A stretch of 64,000 nt of DNA, taken from contig OX597815.1 of the NCBI GenBank assembly GCA_951406725.2, forward strand, positions 156,364,001-156,428,000. The letters are read 5' to 3'. The notes beneath the pieces are model-generated. The model was not told the origin of the DNA and ran no database searches. It saw only the letters and a program-made list of their open reading frames with translations. The DNA is from Octopus vulgaris (taxonomy: Eukaryota). A program made the position numbers and the translations under genes. Below are positions 11,629 through 24,700 of this stretch, piece after piece (the stretch's first letter is position 1; each line of letters begins with the position of its first letter).

Positions 11629-12459
11629 GAGGATAAGCATATTAAAAGAGGTCCGTGAGAAAATTAATTTAAATATATGGCTTGGTAACCACTGTTGGGA
11701 AACACAGTGAAAAGGTTGGGAACCATTTATCTATACTAATAAATGCTACTCATCTATGAAAATATAACCGATGTCTATCTGTGTGTGTGTGTGTGCGTTT
11801 GTGTGTATGTGTGTGTGTGCGCGCGCGTAACATTGGCTTTTGTGTAATTTCAGTGAGTCAAATTCCGCACAATCTGTATTGGCCTGCCTGAAGCTATGGT
11901 AGAAAACTCTCGGTTAATGAGCCGCTCACAGGATCGGACTTAAAATCACGTAGTTGTGAAGCTAACGTCTTCACCAGACAGTTAGGCTTGCACCAAGATT
12001 ATTGCTATTTTGTTATTTCTCTCTTCTCACACTATTTCAGATGCCGAGTTCATGGTGTTTAGTTGCGGGGTAAGCAATAAATTTGCTTCCGTGAAATATA
12101 TTGCTAATCCATGAGAGGAATTTGAACTCAGCATTTATTATTTACTACTAAAGAAACAACGAACCTTATATAATGTAAGCTTTATTTACAATGGTGCGAT
12201 GTAGCGACATATATAAAGATCCCACAACTGCCGCTTCGGCTATTTTTGTTGTTGAGGATGCTGTTGTTTAGACATAATGATGTTCCTTAACGAAAAAGCC
12301 CTGAGATCAAAGCATTCCAGTCTTCACCAATCTGTCTGCCTTCTTTGTATATCCTAGATTTCATAGTTCAATGTGTTTTTCCTAACTTAAAGCGCTTATA
12401 TGGTTTTGGTACACTTATTTTCTATTTCTAATAGGTACAGTCACTACAAATACGCTCCC

Positions 12460-12715
12460 ATGTTTGATGCATCTTGATCTGTTTACCCCAAGGCCGATAC
12501 TAACTATAATTAAAAGTGTCCTATCCATGACTATCATGTTTTAGACTGGAATATATTTAATATGGAATCTAACAGTTGCGTGACCCCGTGCATTATCCAG
12601 TAAAGTTACATTATCCAAGTTAATTATTTTTAAAGCAGTAGGGTATGATTTGAAGACGATTTGGTTGCTACTCTATTAGGTCAAGTGTCAATTTACAGGC
12701 GCCTTGTCGGTTCCC
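12460..12715 (+). repeat. Dispersed repeat family E (unclassified), representative copy
   Basis: Motif ...GTAGGGTATGATTTGAAGACGATTTGGTTGCTA...AGGTCAAG... recurs in diverged form near 11003-11075(-), 21630-21830(+), 32050-32215(+), 41080-41330(+), 41340-41560(-), 41890-41935(-), 46000-46200(-), 50110-50260(-), 53620-53810(+) and 55630-55830(-). Confidence 0.6.
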
Positions 12716-14449
12716 ATCCTGTTAACTGTACAAGTGGAAATAAGGTAGGTGATTGAGAAAGATAAGTGTTTTGTTGAGTTATACATGTAGTGTTATACAG
12801 AAGAAGATATAAACGGACATCCTGTTTCTCTGCATGCTAAATGAAGTTGTACACGTTTCTTCTGTAAGGTCTTCCTTATCTGCATTTATGACGTCATTGC
12901 TGTTTGCTTATATTGATTGCTTACATTTGCTTACTTAAATTGGATTGTGTTTATCGCTTAACTATTTCCTCTCCTTTTAGCTTTACTGAGAAATCTAAAA
13001 CACCCAATCATATAGTCAGTAAAGCATAGGGTTTTTAAAATTAGATCTTTACGTGTTCATGGTGATGTAGTACGTCAATAACATGGTGATGAGTTATTGT
13101 ATACTGCAAGGCATTGACCTTGTAGTGTTTTTTCCGGTACTTTGTGGTCTAACTGAGACGCTTGCAACTGATACCAAACAGTTTGGCCGTTAACTTTTCT
13201 ATTGGGCAACATAGGTTTTATGAAGAGAGAAGTGATGGAGGTCTTGACCTATTTCTGATCTTTAATAAAAACAAAAAGAACCAGATCTGTGCATTTTACA
13301 GGGATTTTCATTGGGAACGCTCATTGGTAAGCGAGAGTGTCCTGATAACATGTGCATGCTATTGCCAATGGTTTTAGATGCTTACACTCTTACAAACATG
13401 AACACATATCCTCTACGCTTCAACTTCTCCACTGATCCAACAGAACGTCCAGGATGGAGAAAGGACTGCATCAACATCCGGATACTAGTGATTGCTTTTT
13501 TGCTGGAACAACCTGAAAAGTGTGATTTTTCAAGGACACAACATAATGCCTTGCTCGAGAATTGAACCTACGATCTAAAGCTCTTAATCCGAACATCCTT
13601 TCTACCAGGCTATTCACTATGACTGAGATAGCAGATATATAATTACAAATCTAAAAGGGCTAGACAAAGCTTAAAGTTATAAAGCTTTTATAACTTATTA
13701 CAAATTTATTATAATAAATTACAAATTTATTATAATAAATTTTATAATTTATTACAAAGCTTAACGTTATAAAATTATGGGAGGGTGAATAATATTTTTA
13801 TGTTCCCAGTCAACTAGCAGTATGCAGGATTTTTGTCTCTATATTCGTTCTTTCCTTTCCCGTCAGTCTAAATGACGACAGTTTGTGTTTTTTCTTAATC
13901 TCATGTGAAATAATTTCACTCTCTGACCGGCAAGTGTACTTAACCCAACCATCTTATAAATCTGTTGTCATATTACAAAACTGATCATGGTAAAATACGA
14001 AGAAACTTTCATTTTTCCTAAGTGGTTATAAGAAATTGAAGTCAGACAAGTATAGAATGAAATAAAACACATTGCAAAACTTTTGTATTTGGTGTGGTTC
14101 AGACAGAAGATAAAAGACTATAGAGTCTTTATTATTGTTTTAGACACTTCTTTAATGATAAATGTTCCTAAAGGTGTCTTATTTTTCTTATTTTCAGTAG
14201 AGGTTTATAAACAAAAGAGTTAAAAACTAGTTTCTAAGAAAGAAAATTGCATTATGACGATTGATATTTAGTTGGGTTACAGAAAAAAAGAAGTGGTTTT
14301 GTTACAAAGACAATATTGCACCAGCTGCTGCAGCCGGTGTTGCGGTTGCTGCTGATGGGGACATAATATTGATGGTTATGATGAGAATAATGATCACGTA
14401 GATATGGAGAAAGAAAAGGGAAGGACGAAAATGATGAAATGAAATGGTA

Positions 14450-14738
14450 TTGGTGATGATGATGATGATGATAATGGTGATGATGACGACGACAACGACG
14501 ATCACCAGCATCATTATCATGAGGAGAGGGAAAGGAGAGAAAAGGAGGAAGAAAAGGCGGAGGAAAGGGGAGAAGTAGAGGAGGAAGTGTTGTAGGAAGA
14601 TGAAGGGAAAGAGAAGGAAGAAGAAGATGAGAAAGAGGAAGGAGATGAAAAAGAAAAGAAGGAAGTTCGGGAGGGAAAGAGAGAGAGGAAGAAGAGGCGA
14701 AAGTAGAGGAGAAGGAAGTGGAAGCAGAGGAAAAAGAT

Positions 14739-14769
<31 letters not shown>

Positions 14770-14808
14770 AAGAAGAAGAAGAAGAAGAAGAAGAAGAAGA
14801 AGAAGAAG
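14450..14808. repeat. (GAT)n, purine-rich low-complexity tract and (GAA)n
   Basis: Direct reading. Confidence 0.9.
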
Positions 14809-16001
14809 AATGGCATATCCTAGTGACAACGGGATCGAAGATTAAGGAGAAAAAGTGAAAACCTATGATGAATTAAAGTGGGAAATACTCAGGTTGTGGC
14901 CAATGAAGAGAGTAGACGTGATACAAATTGTAATTGGTGCACTGGGATGTATCAGTGTTCAACTACCAACGTGACTCAAAAAGATTGGTACAAATGTAAA
15001 GATAGAACACTTAAGAAAATCTTTGCTTGAATCTGAATATGATCAGTAAACAAGTGTCACCTTACTCCGCTGGCTGTGAGCTGCTGACACTTCCCATCAT
15101 ACCCAGTAAAATAGAGAGAATTTTCATAAAAAGATATTTTAAATTTTAGTAGTTTCAGGGTCGTGAGCAAATCGATTACACTGACTCCAACGTTGAAATG
15201 GTAACTATTTGATCGACCCCGAACAGATGAAAGGCAAAGTCCACCTTGAACTCGGAAGAATGATGCTAAGCATTTTGCTCAGCTTGCTATCGATTAAAAA
15301 AGCATAGATATATACAATCCTCTTAAGTAGGAATTGTGAACATAATGCCAATTATTGTTGGTTTCTTGGAGACAGTATTAGTAAACATCAAGAGGAATAT
15401 AGTGGAAACCGGAATAGAGAGCTCAGTCGATACCAGTTGAACACTGGGGGCGATCTAATCGACTTATCCCCTCCCCCGAAATTATTGGCCTTGTGGCAAG
15501 ATTTGAAATCAATGCTAGTAAAAGAGTTGATGATAATTTTGTTTTCAAATTAATATTTTACCGATTATTTTTTTTCTCTTCTGTGCTACTCAAACACTAA
15601 CTGTCTCTGCTTATCACTGTATTTGTTTATTAGACAATTTTGTTTTGCTTCCCCTTTCATTTAATTGTCTGTCTGCAAAAATCGGGTAGAACATATTCAC
15701 TATTGTCACTATTGTACCTATCACCTCCTACAACTACAACACAAGTGACAATAATGAACTTCGACCAAACAAAGCAAAATAGATATTTGCAAAAATATAT
15801 GCACAAAATAAAATTACTATTAAATAAACTTCGTTTCCACTTCAGGTAATAAAGTAGATGTTAAAATATTTCGTAGCTCTTTATTGTTTTTAAAAAGAGA
15901 CGGTTTATTATTATGTAACCCTGTGAGAAATCACTTTTCCTTGAAAACTCTGACAATGACGTCTGTTCACTTATAAATTTTAAAATAGTAAAAATTACTA
16001 A

Positions 16002-16735
16002 GGTGGCGCGCTGGCAGAAACGTTAGCACGCCGGGGAAAATGCTTAGCAGTACTTCGTCTGCCGTTGCGTTCTGAATTCAAATTCCGTCGAGGACGACTT
16101 TGCCTTTCATCCGTCCGGGGTCCTTAAATTAAGGACCAGTTACGTACTGGGGTTGATGTAATCGACTTAATCCGTTTGTCTGTCCTTGTTTGTCCCCTCT
16201 ATGTTTAGCCCCTTGTGGCTAGTAAAGAAATAGGTATTTCGCCTGTCGCTACTTTCTGAGTGCAAATTTTTTCGAGATTTATTTTGCTTTTCATCTTTTT
16301 GCGGCCGATAAAATAATTACCATTTGAACACTTCCCCCTCACCTGAAATTGCAGGCTTTGTGCCAAAATTTGAAATTATAAAGGCAGCGAGCAGGCAGAA
16401 CCGTTAGCGCGCCGGACAAAATTCTTAGAGGCATTTCGTGCGTTTCTACGTTCTGAGTTCAAATTCTGCCAAGGTCGACTTTACCTTTCATCCTTCCGGG
16501 GTTGATAAATTAAGTACCAGTGATACATTGGTGTCGACTAGTCCTCTCCCTCCAAATTTCAAGCCTTGTACCTTCAGTAGAAAGGATTATTAAGGCGACG
16601 AGCTGGCAGGATGGTTAGCACGCCGGGCAAAATGCTTAACGCATTTCGTCCGTTTTCACATCCTGAGTTCAAATTCCGCCGAAGGTCGATTTTACGTTTT
16701 AACATTTGGGATGGCCTTGTGCTAAAATTCGAATA
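16002..16735 (+). mobile_element. Tandem array of about 4 SINE family A units
   Basis: Heads GG(C/T)(G/A)GCG.GC.GGCAG at about 16002, 16383 and 16593, plus a headless unit from 16233. Shared body GTCGACTTTGCCTTTCATCCTTTCGGGGTCGATAAATTAAGTACCAG, which from memory resembles the MetaSINE central domain. Confidence 0.85.
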
Positions 16736-16784
16736 ATTTGTATTACTATTTCTACTAGTAATGCAAATAAATAATTTGTATTAC

Positions 16785-18100
16785 TAGTTCTAATATAGGC
16801 ACAAGCGCGGAAAGATATGGTGAAGGGGTTAGTCGATTACATCAACCCTAGTTCATGACTGGTACTGTATTTTACCGAACTTGAAAGAATGAAAGGCAAA
16901 GTTGACCACGGGAGAATTAGAAATGAAAACATAAAGAGTCAAGAAAAAGTAAGAGGAGGTTTCTGATTTTTTTTTTAATATACTAACAAATTTTCCAGTT
17001 CACACCCTTCTTTTATTAATCTATAAGAACAACAACAGTGAAATCTGGGGCAGGGGGACTAGTCGATTACACCAGTCCCAATGTTCAACTGGTACTCATT
17101 TCATTGACCCCGAAACGATGAAAGGCAAAGTCGCCTTGGTGGAATTTGAACGCAGAACGTAAAGACGGACGAAATACTGCTAAGCAATTTGCCCGATGTG
17201 CTAAGAATTCTGCCAGCTCGTGGACTTAATAATGATAATAATAATGATATAGATGATGATGATGATGATGATTGTTTCCTACAAATGCAGAAGGACTGAA
17301 ATTTTGTGTGTAAGAGTTAGCCAGTTAAGTCGACCTGAGTACTTCCTCAATAATTTATTTATAAGACCTTGTGGGATGCAAAACAAATTTAAATGAGTCG
17401 GGATTCAAACTCACAGCATAAGACGTCGGAGCAAAGACCACTTGACATTTTCTCCACTCTTTAGCAATTCTACGTATCTACCGGCGATAATTGTTTACAT
17501 TGGCACAAGGCCAGAAATATTTCGGGGAATTATATCGTGCCTACTTCTTGGCTGGTATTACATTTTCTTGACAACGAAAGGATTGAAAGCAAATACCTGG
17601 ACGGTATTTGAACGTAGACCGTAACGTAGTAACGCGGTAAACAAACACCGCAATGTAATTAGTCCGGTTCTCTAAAGATTCTGCCAATGCACCGCTCTAT
17701 AATCCTTTCTGTTATAGGCACAAATCATGAAGTTGGGGAGGGGGGGGACACAGCAATTACATTGAGCCCCAGTGTTTCACTGGTACATAATTTATCGACC
17801 CTGAAAGGATGAAAGGTAAATCGACCTCGGCGGAATTTGAACTCAGAATATGAAGACGGGCGAAATACTGCTAAGCATTTCGCTCGATATTCTAACGATT
17901 CTGTCAGCTCGCCGCCCTCACCGCTCTATAATAATAACTTCAAACAGAGACACAAAGAAAGAGAGGAACAGTCGATGATATTACCCTAAATATACTCGAC
18001 TATATTTAATCAACCTCTGAAGAAAGAAGCCCAAAGATGACTTCGGTGGTATTTGAAAACAAAAACATAGAGCCGGGATGAATACTGTAAAGTCATTTAC
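16785..18100 (-). mobile_element. Tandem array of about 6 SINE family A units, opposite strand
   Basis: Repeated ...CTGGTAC...ATCGACCC...GATGAAAGGCAAAGT...GAATTTGAAC... blocks near 16790, 17040, 17270, 17490, 17700 and 17940. Best-preserved copy is 17701-17918. Confidence 0.8.
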
Positions 18101-19971
18101 AATATTTGTTCTCGCTCATGTTCTGAGTTCAAATCCCGCCGATGTCACAATTTCTCTCTTCTTTCTAGCATATCTAAATTAAAGTACTTTTCGGTTACTG
18201 CTATGGATATTGTCAATTAGCTCTTCTACCAATGCTTGTGGCTTTGTGCTTGTGCTGGAATTTCTAGAATAGGTACAATATTACAACGTTATACGTAATA
18301 TATGAGCTTGTCCGCGGCCATAGTGTGTGTTTTCTCTGCATTTCTGTAAATTTAATTCTCGCCCCATTGTGCCACTTTTTTCATTACAAACACACGCACA
18401 CATACATACCCCCCCCCACACACACACACACGCGCGCACACACACACGCACGCACACATACATATCTGGTAGAGATATTTTCTATATGATTGAAACAGTA
18501 AAATCCTACATCAATATATATAAACCTTAATCTTTCGTCTATATGCGTGTGTGTACACCTTTATCATTCCCATAGCATCTATTATCATGTGATGCGTTTA
18601 TTTTCAACTACAACCTAGCAACAGAATGATTACAGAACAGTCTACGGAGAAAATATTAAAAATATCCATCTACGTGTTTATGAGAAGATAAATACGAAAT
18701 AAGGTTAAATAAACACTTAAATATATGATATAAAATGTATATTTAATGTAAAGAAAATATCAAAAGATTGAACAGTTTTCACAGTAAGGAAGCTGAACAA
18801 ATATCTTAAAAGCCCTCCAAAATGGTGACATTATATTATCCCTAATCCAGAAAATGTCAGAAAATAGAAGTAGATTCTATCATTTATACCGTACATATGA
18901 TAACATATACTCAGTGGGAAGACTGTTATCTTGGCTCTCACTCTTATCTTCGATTGATGGAAATGATAATAAGCATATTGTTGTAGAGCAACCTCACGCT
19001 TACGGACAAAATTTCGCTTGTATTCAAATCTGAAATCGCCTGCTGGTTAATTAATGCATAATAGCATTTTAATTAATCTTGCTTCGTGTGATTGCGTGCG
19101 TATTTAAGAATTTGTACAATCAGAGTTGTAATTTATTTTCCCTCACAGGTTCCTCTGCACTTGCAATTCCCTGTTGCAGAGGAAATGTTCACATGCTTGA
19201 CACGTTAAATAATTTGAACGGATCAATAGTGTGTGAAAACGCATTAGCAAAGCCAGTTATAAACTCAGATTTCTAGTGGCTCGTTTTTAAAAATATTTTA
19301 AAATCTACGTTAATGATTGATAAAGAAAACACTCCACCTGATGTCAGACAAACTTCTTGATTCCAACGGAGATTTATGAAAACAATAAGTAAAGAAAGAA
19401 AAGAAAACGGGATATCGTACGGTGGTAAATATCATATAAATTAATGTTGGTTCTTACTGACGCCTTTGATCGTCTCTTCTATCAACTGACCGACACCTAC
19501 AAATTAGCTTCCAGCAATGCTGAAACGCTAGCCTTCAATATGATCGTCATCAACATATGTTGATAATGCTAACCTTTCTTATCAATAAGCTAGGCCAACT
19601 CACACACTTCCATACATCAATAAATGTGTAGTTTTGAAAACAGTATTTATCACCACCTACACTTCCGATTCAGAGATATGCCCCACCATAACAACAAGGG
19701 CAACAACAGCAAATACAGCAAACAAGCAAAAATGCATTTAACCTAAAAACTGAGGTTCCTATGGTTACTACAACTTGATATTATTGAAGTGATGCGACAA
19801 TAAACATCACGTCAATAGATATACTGCAGAGGTATCGAAACCTTACTGGAAGCAGCAATCTGACATCCATACTGCATTGTATACCATGCACCGCGACATA
19901 TCAAAGTGTACAAAGTTATCTTGATTTAGGTGGGGTTAAGGTATCCTGCAAGTATAAATTAATGCATTTGC

Positions 19972-20452
19972 ACTGTCAAACACATTCTTGAACATTATTT
20001 TCACATACACACATACAAACACACACACACAAAAACACATACGCATACACACACTCTCAAATACACGCATACACGCATACACAAATGCACGCACACACGC
20101 ACACGCACATACACACGAGGAATTAACGACCGGCCAGCCAAGACACAGCTGAAAGAGAGCTAACGTTAGTTTCCACAACAATATAAACATCACTGTAAAA
20201 GTGTCGAATGTCTCTTTAACTGACAATGTTAAATAGAGTTTTTCTGTAGAATACAATATCTACGTGTGTTGTGTAGAGATTATAACAAAGAGTTTCATAC
20301 ATACATACACACATACATACATACATACATACATACATACATACATACATACATACATACATGCATGCATGCATACATACATACATACATACATGCATGC
20401 ATGCATACATACATACATACAAATACATATAAAGACAGACAGACAGACAGAC

Positions 20453-20549
<97 letters not shown>

Positions 20550-20666
20550 TCGAAATTGCATTCATTGGTCGATGAAATGGTTTTACCAATGTCTGTTTTC
20601 TGTCCTTTCCGTTAACTGTCAAACACATTCTTGAACATTATTTTCACATACACACATGCACACATA

Positions 20667-20721
<55 letters not shown>

Positions 20722-20797
20722 GCATACACACACTCTCAAATACACGCATACATGCAAACACAAATGCACGCACACACGCACACGCACATACACACAC
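19972..20797 (+). repeat. Local direct duplication (19972-20116 and 20615-20797) around (TACA)n/(TAGA)n tracts
   Basis: ACTGTCAAACACATTCTTGAACATTATTTTCACATACACACAT...CTCTCAAATACACGCATAC...AAATGCACGCACACACGCACACGCACATACACAC occurs twice. Confidence 0.9.
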
Positions 20798-22229
20798 ACA
20801 CCGGTGCAAATGATGTTATAATTATTCTATGAAACAGTGATGCTAAGCAATTGTCAGTAATATACACAGCACTTCATGTGTTATATAATAAACAACATAG
20901 AACAGTATTCTACCGGTTTAATACGGAGGGTGGTGTGGGTTAGATCTAAATTAATCAGAAATACATAACAGAGTTTTAAAATGATGACATTGCTAAGAGT
21001 AAGATTTTAGAAATGCTTATAAATACAGGTTCTCGTTGAAAGTCACACGTGAATTCTTTTTCCTCTTGCAAAATCGACGGAGAATAAAACATACTTTTTA
21101 CGAGAATTGGCAAAAATTATTTACTACTGTCTGCATTAATTCAACGAAGTACGTGTGCCTTGCATTGAGACCAAGCGAAGAGCTTTGCTTGAGGTTAATA
21201 CAACGGAGATTGAAGGATTTGGTTTCTGTGGATACAGATAATCTAACCAAAAATGTATGACATGTGTGAGAATTACTTATGAAATTGCGAATGGCTCTTG
21301 GATAGTAAAGCTGTTAGGGAAAAGAAAGATTTCTGAATTATCTGAGTCGGGTCAAGCTGTTTCATGTCAAGGGTAAATATGTCTGAGTTTACTTCTGGCA
21401 ATATAGTTGGCTCTCCGGCTGCAGAATTAGTCTTTAGAGAATTGGATGTCTTCTTTGATCTTCTTCGCCAAAATCATTAATTTGCCACTAATCAAGACCA
21501 AAGATATATTAACTAAAAATATTTTATCTATACTCTACAGTAAATTATTTAGTAACAGCTTGAATATTAAATAAGCTGGAGAGTCCAACGTAATCTCACA
21601 ACGAATTTTAAATTCATCATCTTTGCTCACACTATCTCTGATCGAGAAAACTTATGACTGAAGACATCATATTCATGTCCATCATGAAATGTATTTAGAT
21701 GTAACCAGTCTAAAACCATATCGTTCATAGTATCTATCCTTCCTTTAAGACGCCAGGGAGTGCTTTGAGGCATATTTGGCAAATATTTCTAACAGGTGGA
21801 GCGAGCTCTAAGAAGCTTCTTCATAGTCTAGCCTCGCTCTAGTGGCTTCCTTCAGCCATGTTATAAACCACGTGTTAGAATAGATAAAAAAAAGTAATAA
21901 ATAGTTTTTTCTTGCATAGACGGTAGTTAACAACTAATGAGATACCTAGCAAAATGTTTCAATGGTAAAGATGGATGCTAGCGGGCAGCTTCCGCTTCAA
22001 ATGTTCACAACTAAAGAGCATCATCAAATATGCACGAAAGACTATTTTTATTAGGCACTTGAATGATGACAAAAAGGTTACATGTCCTTGAAAACCAAGA
22101 GGTCTCATTTGAAATATAATATTATGTGTTTGAGTGTGAGTGCGCACACACGCACAGATACGTATACATACATATATACATATCTTCATATAAACATACG
22201 TATATATACAAACATATATGTATATATAT

Positions 22230-22291
<62 letters not shown>

Positions 22292-22444
22292 ATATGTATG
22301 TATGTTTGCGCTCGCACACACAGGTGTATAATTTGTCTAACACACCCTCAAGTAAAAATACACTATAATCAGAATCGTCTACACCTTCATCAAATTCATC
22401 AACAATAGCCAGAAAAAAACCAGTTGTAGTAATAGTAGTGGCAC

Positions 22445-22549
<105 letters not shown>

Positions 22550-22870
22550 CCACAACATCAACTACTACAAACATCACCAGATACATCAACATTAATATAT
22601 TTCTTTATTTAAAAAAAAATATAAATAAAATGCATACCATTACAAACAAATAAATTAACAAAAAATATTAGAAGAAAGTGATAAGGATAAAGTTTGCCAT
22701 ATGGGGCATACTGTAACTAATAGGATATCTTAACTACTACAACACTATTATTGCTACTACTTCAACTATAACCACTAACAATAGCAACAATGACGACGGC
22801 AACTATGATGATGATGATGGTAATGATGATGGATGGGGTAGAGGTCGTAACGATGAATGATGACAATGAA

Positions 22871-23205
22871 GGTGGTGGTGGTGGTGGTATTGGTGGTGGT
22901 TTTGGTGGTGGTGGATGCAGTGATGGCGGTGGTGGTACAGGTGTGGGTTTGTGGTGGCTTTTGGTGGTGGTTTTGGTGGTGGTTTTGGTGGTGGTGGTGG
23001 TGGTGGTGGTGGTGGTGGTGGATGCAGTGAAGGCGGTGGTGGTACTGGTGTGGGTTTGTGGTGGCTTTTGGTTGTTGTTGTTGTTGGCGGTGGTGGTGGT
23101 GGTGGTGTTGGTGGTGGTGTTGGTAGGCATGGTGATGCTGCTGCCGCCGCTACTGCTGCTGCTGGTGAATGGCGGTGGTTGGCGATGGCTGTTGTTGGTG
23201 GTGGT
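22871..23205. repeat. (GGT)n-rich low-complexity tract with internal duplication
   Basis: GGATGCAGTGA.GGCGGTGGTGGTAC.GGTGTGGGTTTGTGGTGGCTTTTGGT occurs twice, about 107 bp apart. Confidence 0.9.
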
Positions 23206-23550
23206 TAGTGGTGATGAAGATGATGATGATGATCTGAAAAGCAGAGCTGGTGGTGTGATGTAATGTTGCTGGTTATTTCATCCACGCGTTGGCTAAGAGA
23301 ATTTGAAGTGTTTGAGGAATCATTCCCCCTACGGTTTTCATTTACAAAATATGAATATGAAAGAAACAATGCATCACATTTATATCAAGATATATACCAG
23401 GTGTTGGAGGGAATGGGGGAAAAGATTGAAGGGCGAGTAAGCATTGTAACAGTGTTTGGTATTTACAGGCTGAGATGGAGAGATGCTGAAAGAATATGGA
23501 TGGGGGAATTATATGTACGTATGTGTGTATGTTTATAACATAAGCATATG

Positions 23551-23688
<138 letters not shown>

Positions 23689-23731
23689 ACATATATATGC
23701 TTATGAATATAAATACGCACATGCTTATATA

Positions 23732-23779
<48 letters not shown>

Positions 23780-24078
23780 CCTTACAGAAAATATGATTGT
23801 TTTCTGGTTTTGTTTTATGATTTCCTTGCAGCATTTGTGATTTCCTCGTAGCTTTTGTTGAACAATAAAGTTCTCGAAACCATTATCAATGTTTTCATCC
23901 TTGATAGTCTGATCTTCTGGTTGGAGTGATGTTAGCATGTATTTCCGCTTCTTTTTGAAGGCGGAATCACTGCAATTTGTGTAGACATTACCACTTAAAT
24001 TTTAATGTTTGTCTATGTCATGTTTATTTCTGCATGAAGCTAGAGTATGGTGTATGTGCAACGAGCGCCGTGATGATG

Positions 24079-24700
24079 ATGAATTTCCTAATTCAAAGAG
24101 TATTTAAATTCCTCTCCACCGATAATGGAATAAATAAAGAAATCAACAGAATTAAACAAACGTTAAACACCATCGAGGATGATAAACTAATAAACTAAGT
24201 CAGAATATACGCATGAACACAACAAAATAAATATATCACCTCTACAACACAGCACCTATCAAATACATTCAATTACACACAAACTGCATCACGTGAATCG
24301 AATGCATACTAATTAGTGAATAGATGAAAATATAATCAAAACCCACATAAAACAGGAGACAAAATAGCATAATAGCAAAGTATAAATTCTCAATAATAAC
24401 ATACTGCAACATGAAAATTATAAAATCTTCCTATCAATAGGTAGTCACAAGCATGGAAGTCAAGGAAACAAGCAACGAACGACTAATGTGATTTAAAAAT
24501 TCGATTGCAGACACGAAAATTATACATTTCACGACTGCAACTGTTGTACGAACTATAAAAGTATGACGCTTCTCTGATCACTCAATATGTACTTGCAAAG
24601 TATAAAATAAATAAGCATTCTTTGCAAGGCACTGTACCACAACACAATGCTATAATAGATTGGAAAACTCGAATGAAGAACGCATATGTATCGCAGCACA
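24079..24700 (+). pseudogene. Decayed Penelope-like element ORF (RT thumb/linker and GIY-YIG endonuclease region)
   Basis: NFLIQRVFKFLSTDNGINKEINRIKQTL resembles the PLE L..RA..I.S...E...IK..L..NG motif. NRMHTN**IDENIIK resembles the linker, and TNVI*KFDCRHEN (from 24482) resembles NVVY.F.C at the GIY-YIG start. Many stops and frameshifts. Confidence 0.55.

Larger units (their letters stand above)
10288..11728. mobile_element. hAT/Charlie-like non-autonomous DNA element with nested insertions
   Basis: Left end CAGTGGTTCCCAAACCGGGGTCCGCGGAC. Right-end matches GGTTGGGAACCATTT (11714-11728) and GGCTTGGTAACCACTG (11679-11694). Flanks CTCTATCAC / ATCTATAC resemble a decayed NTCTAGAN-type target-site duplication. 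Confidence 0.6.

Noticed and set aside
16002-18100. CRISPR-like repeat-spacer array
   Set aside because: Units are ~200-bp diverged SINEs in eukaryotic DNA, not short identical repeats with unique spacers.
19130-19276. Good splice acceptor (TTTTCCCTCACAG) followed by an open frame
   Set aside because: No recognisable protein similarity and no convincing donor.
21658-21695. CTGAAGA...GAAA spacing
   Set aside because: There is no stem II, and it lies within a family E repeat copy.
22762-23263. Gly-rich and Pro/Thr-rich ORFs resembling structural proteins
   Set aside because: They derive from a (GGT)n tract open in several frames on both strands, with no splice or domain support.
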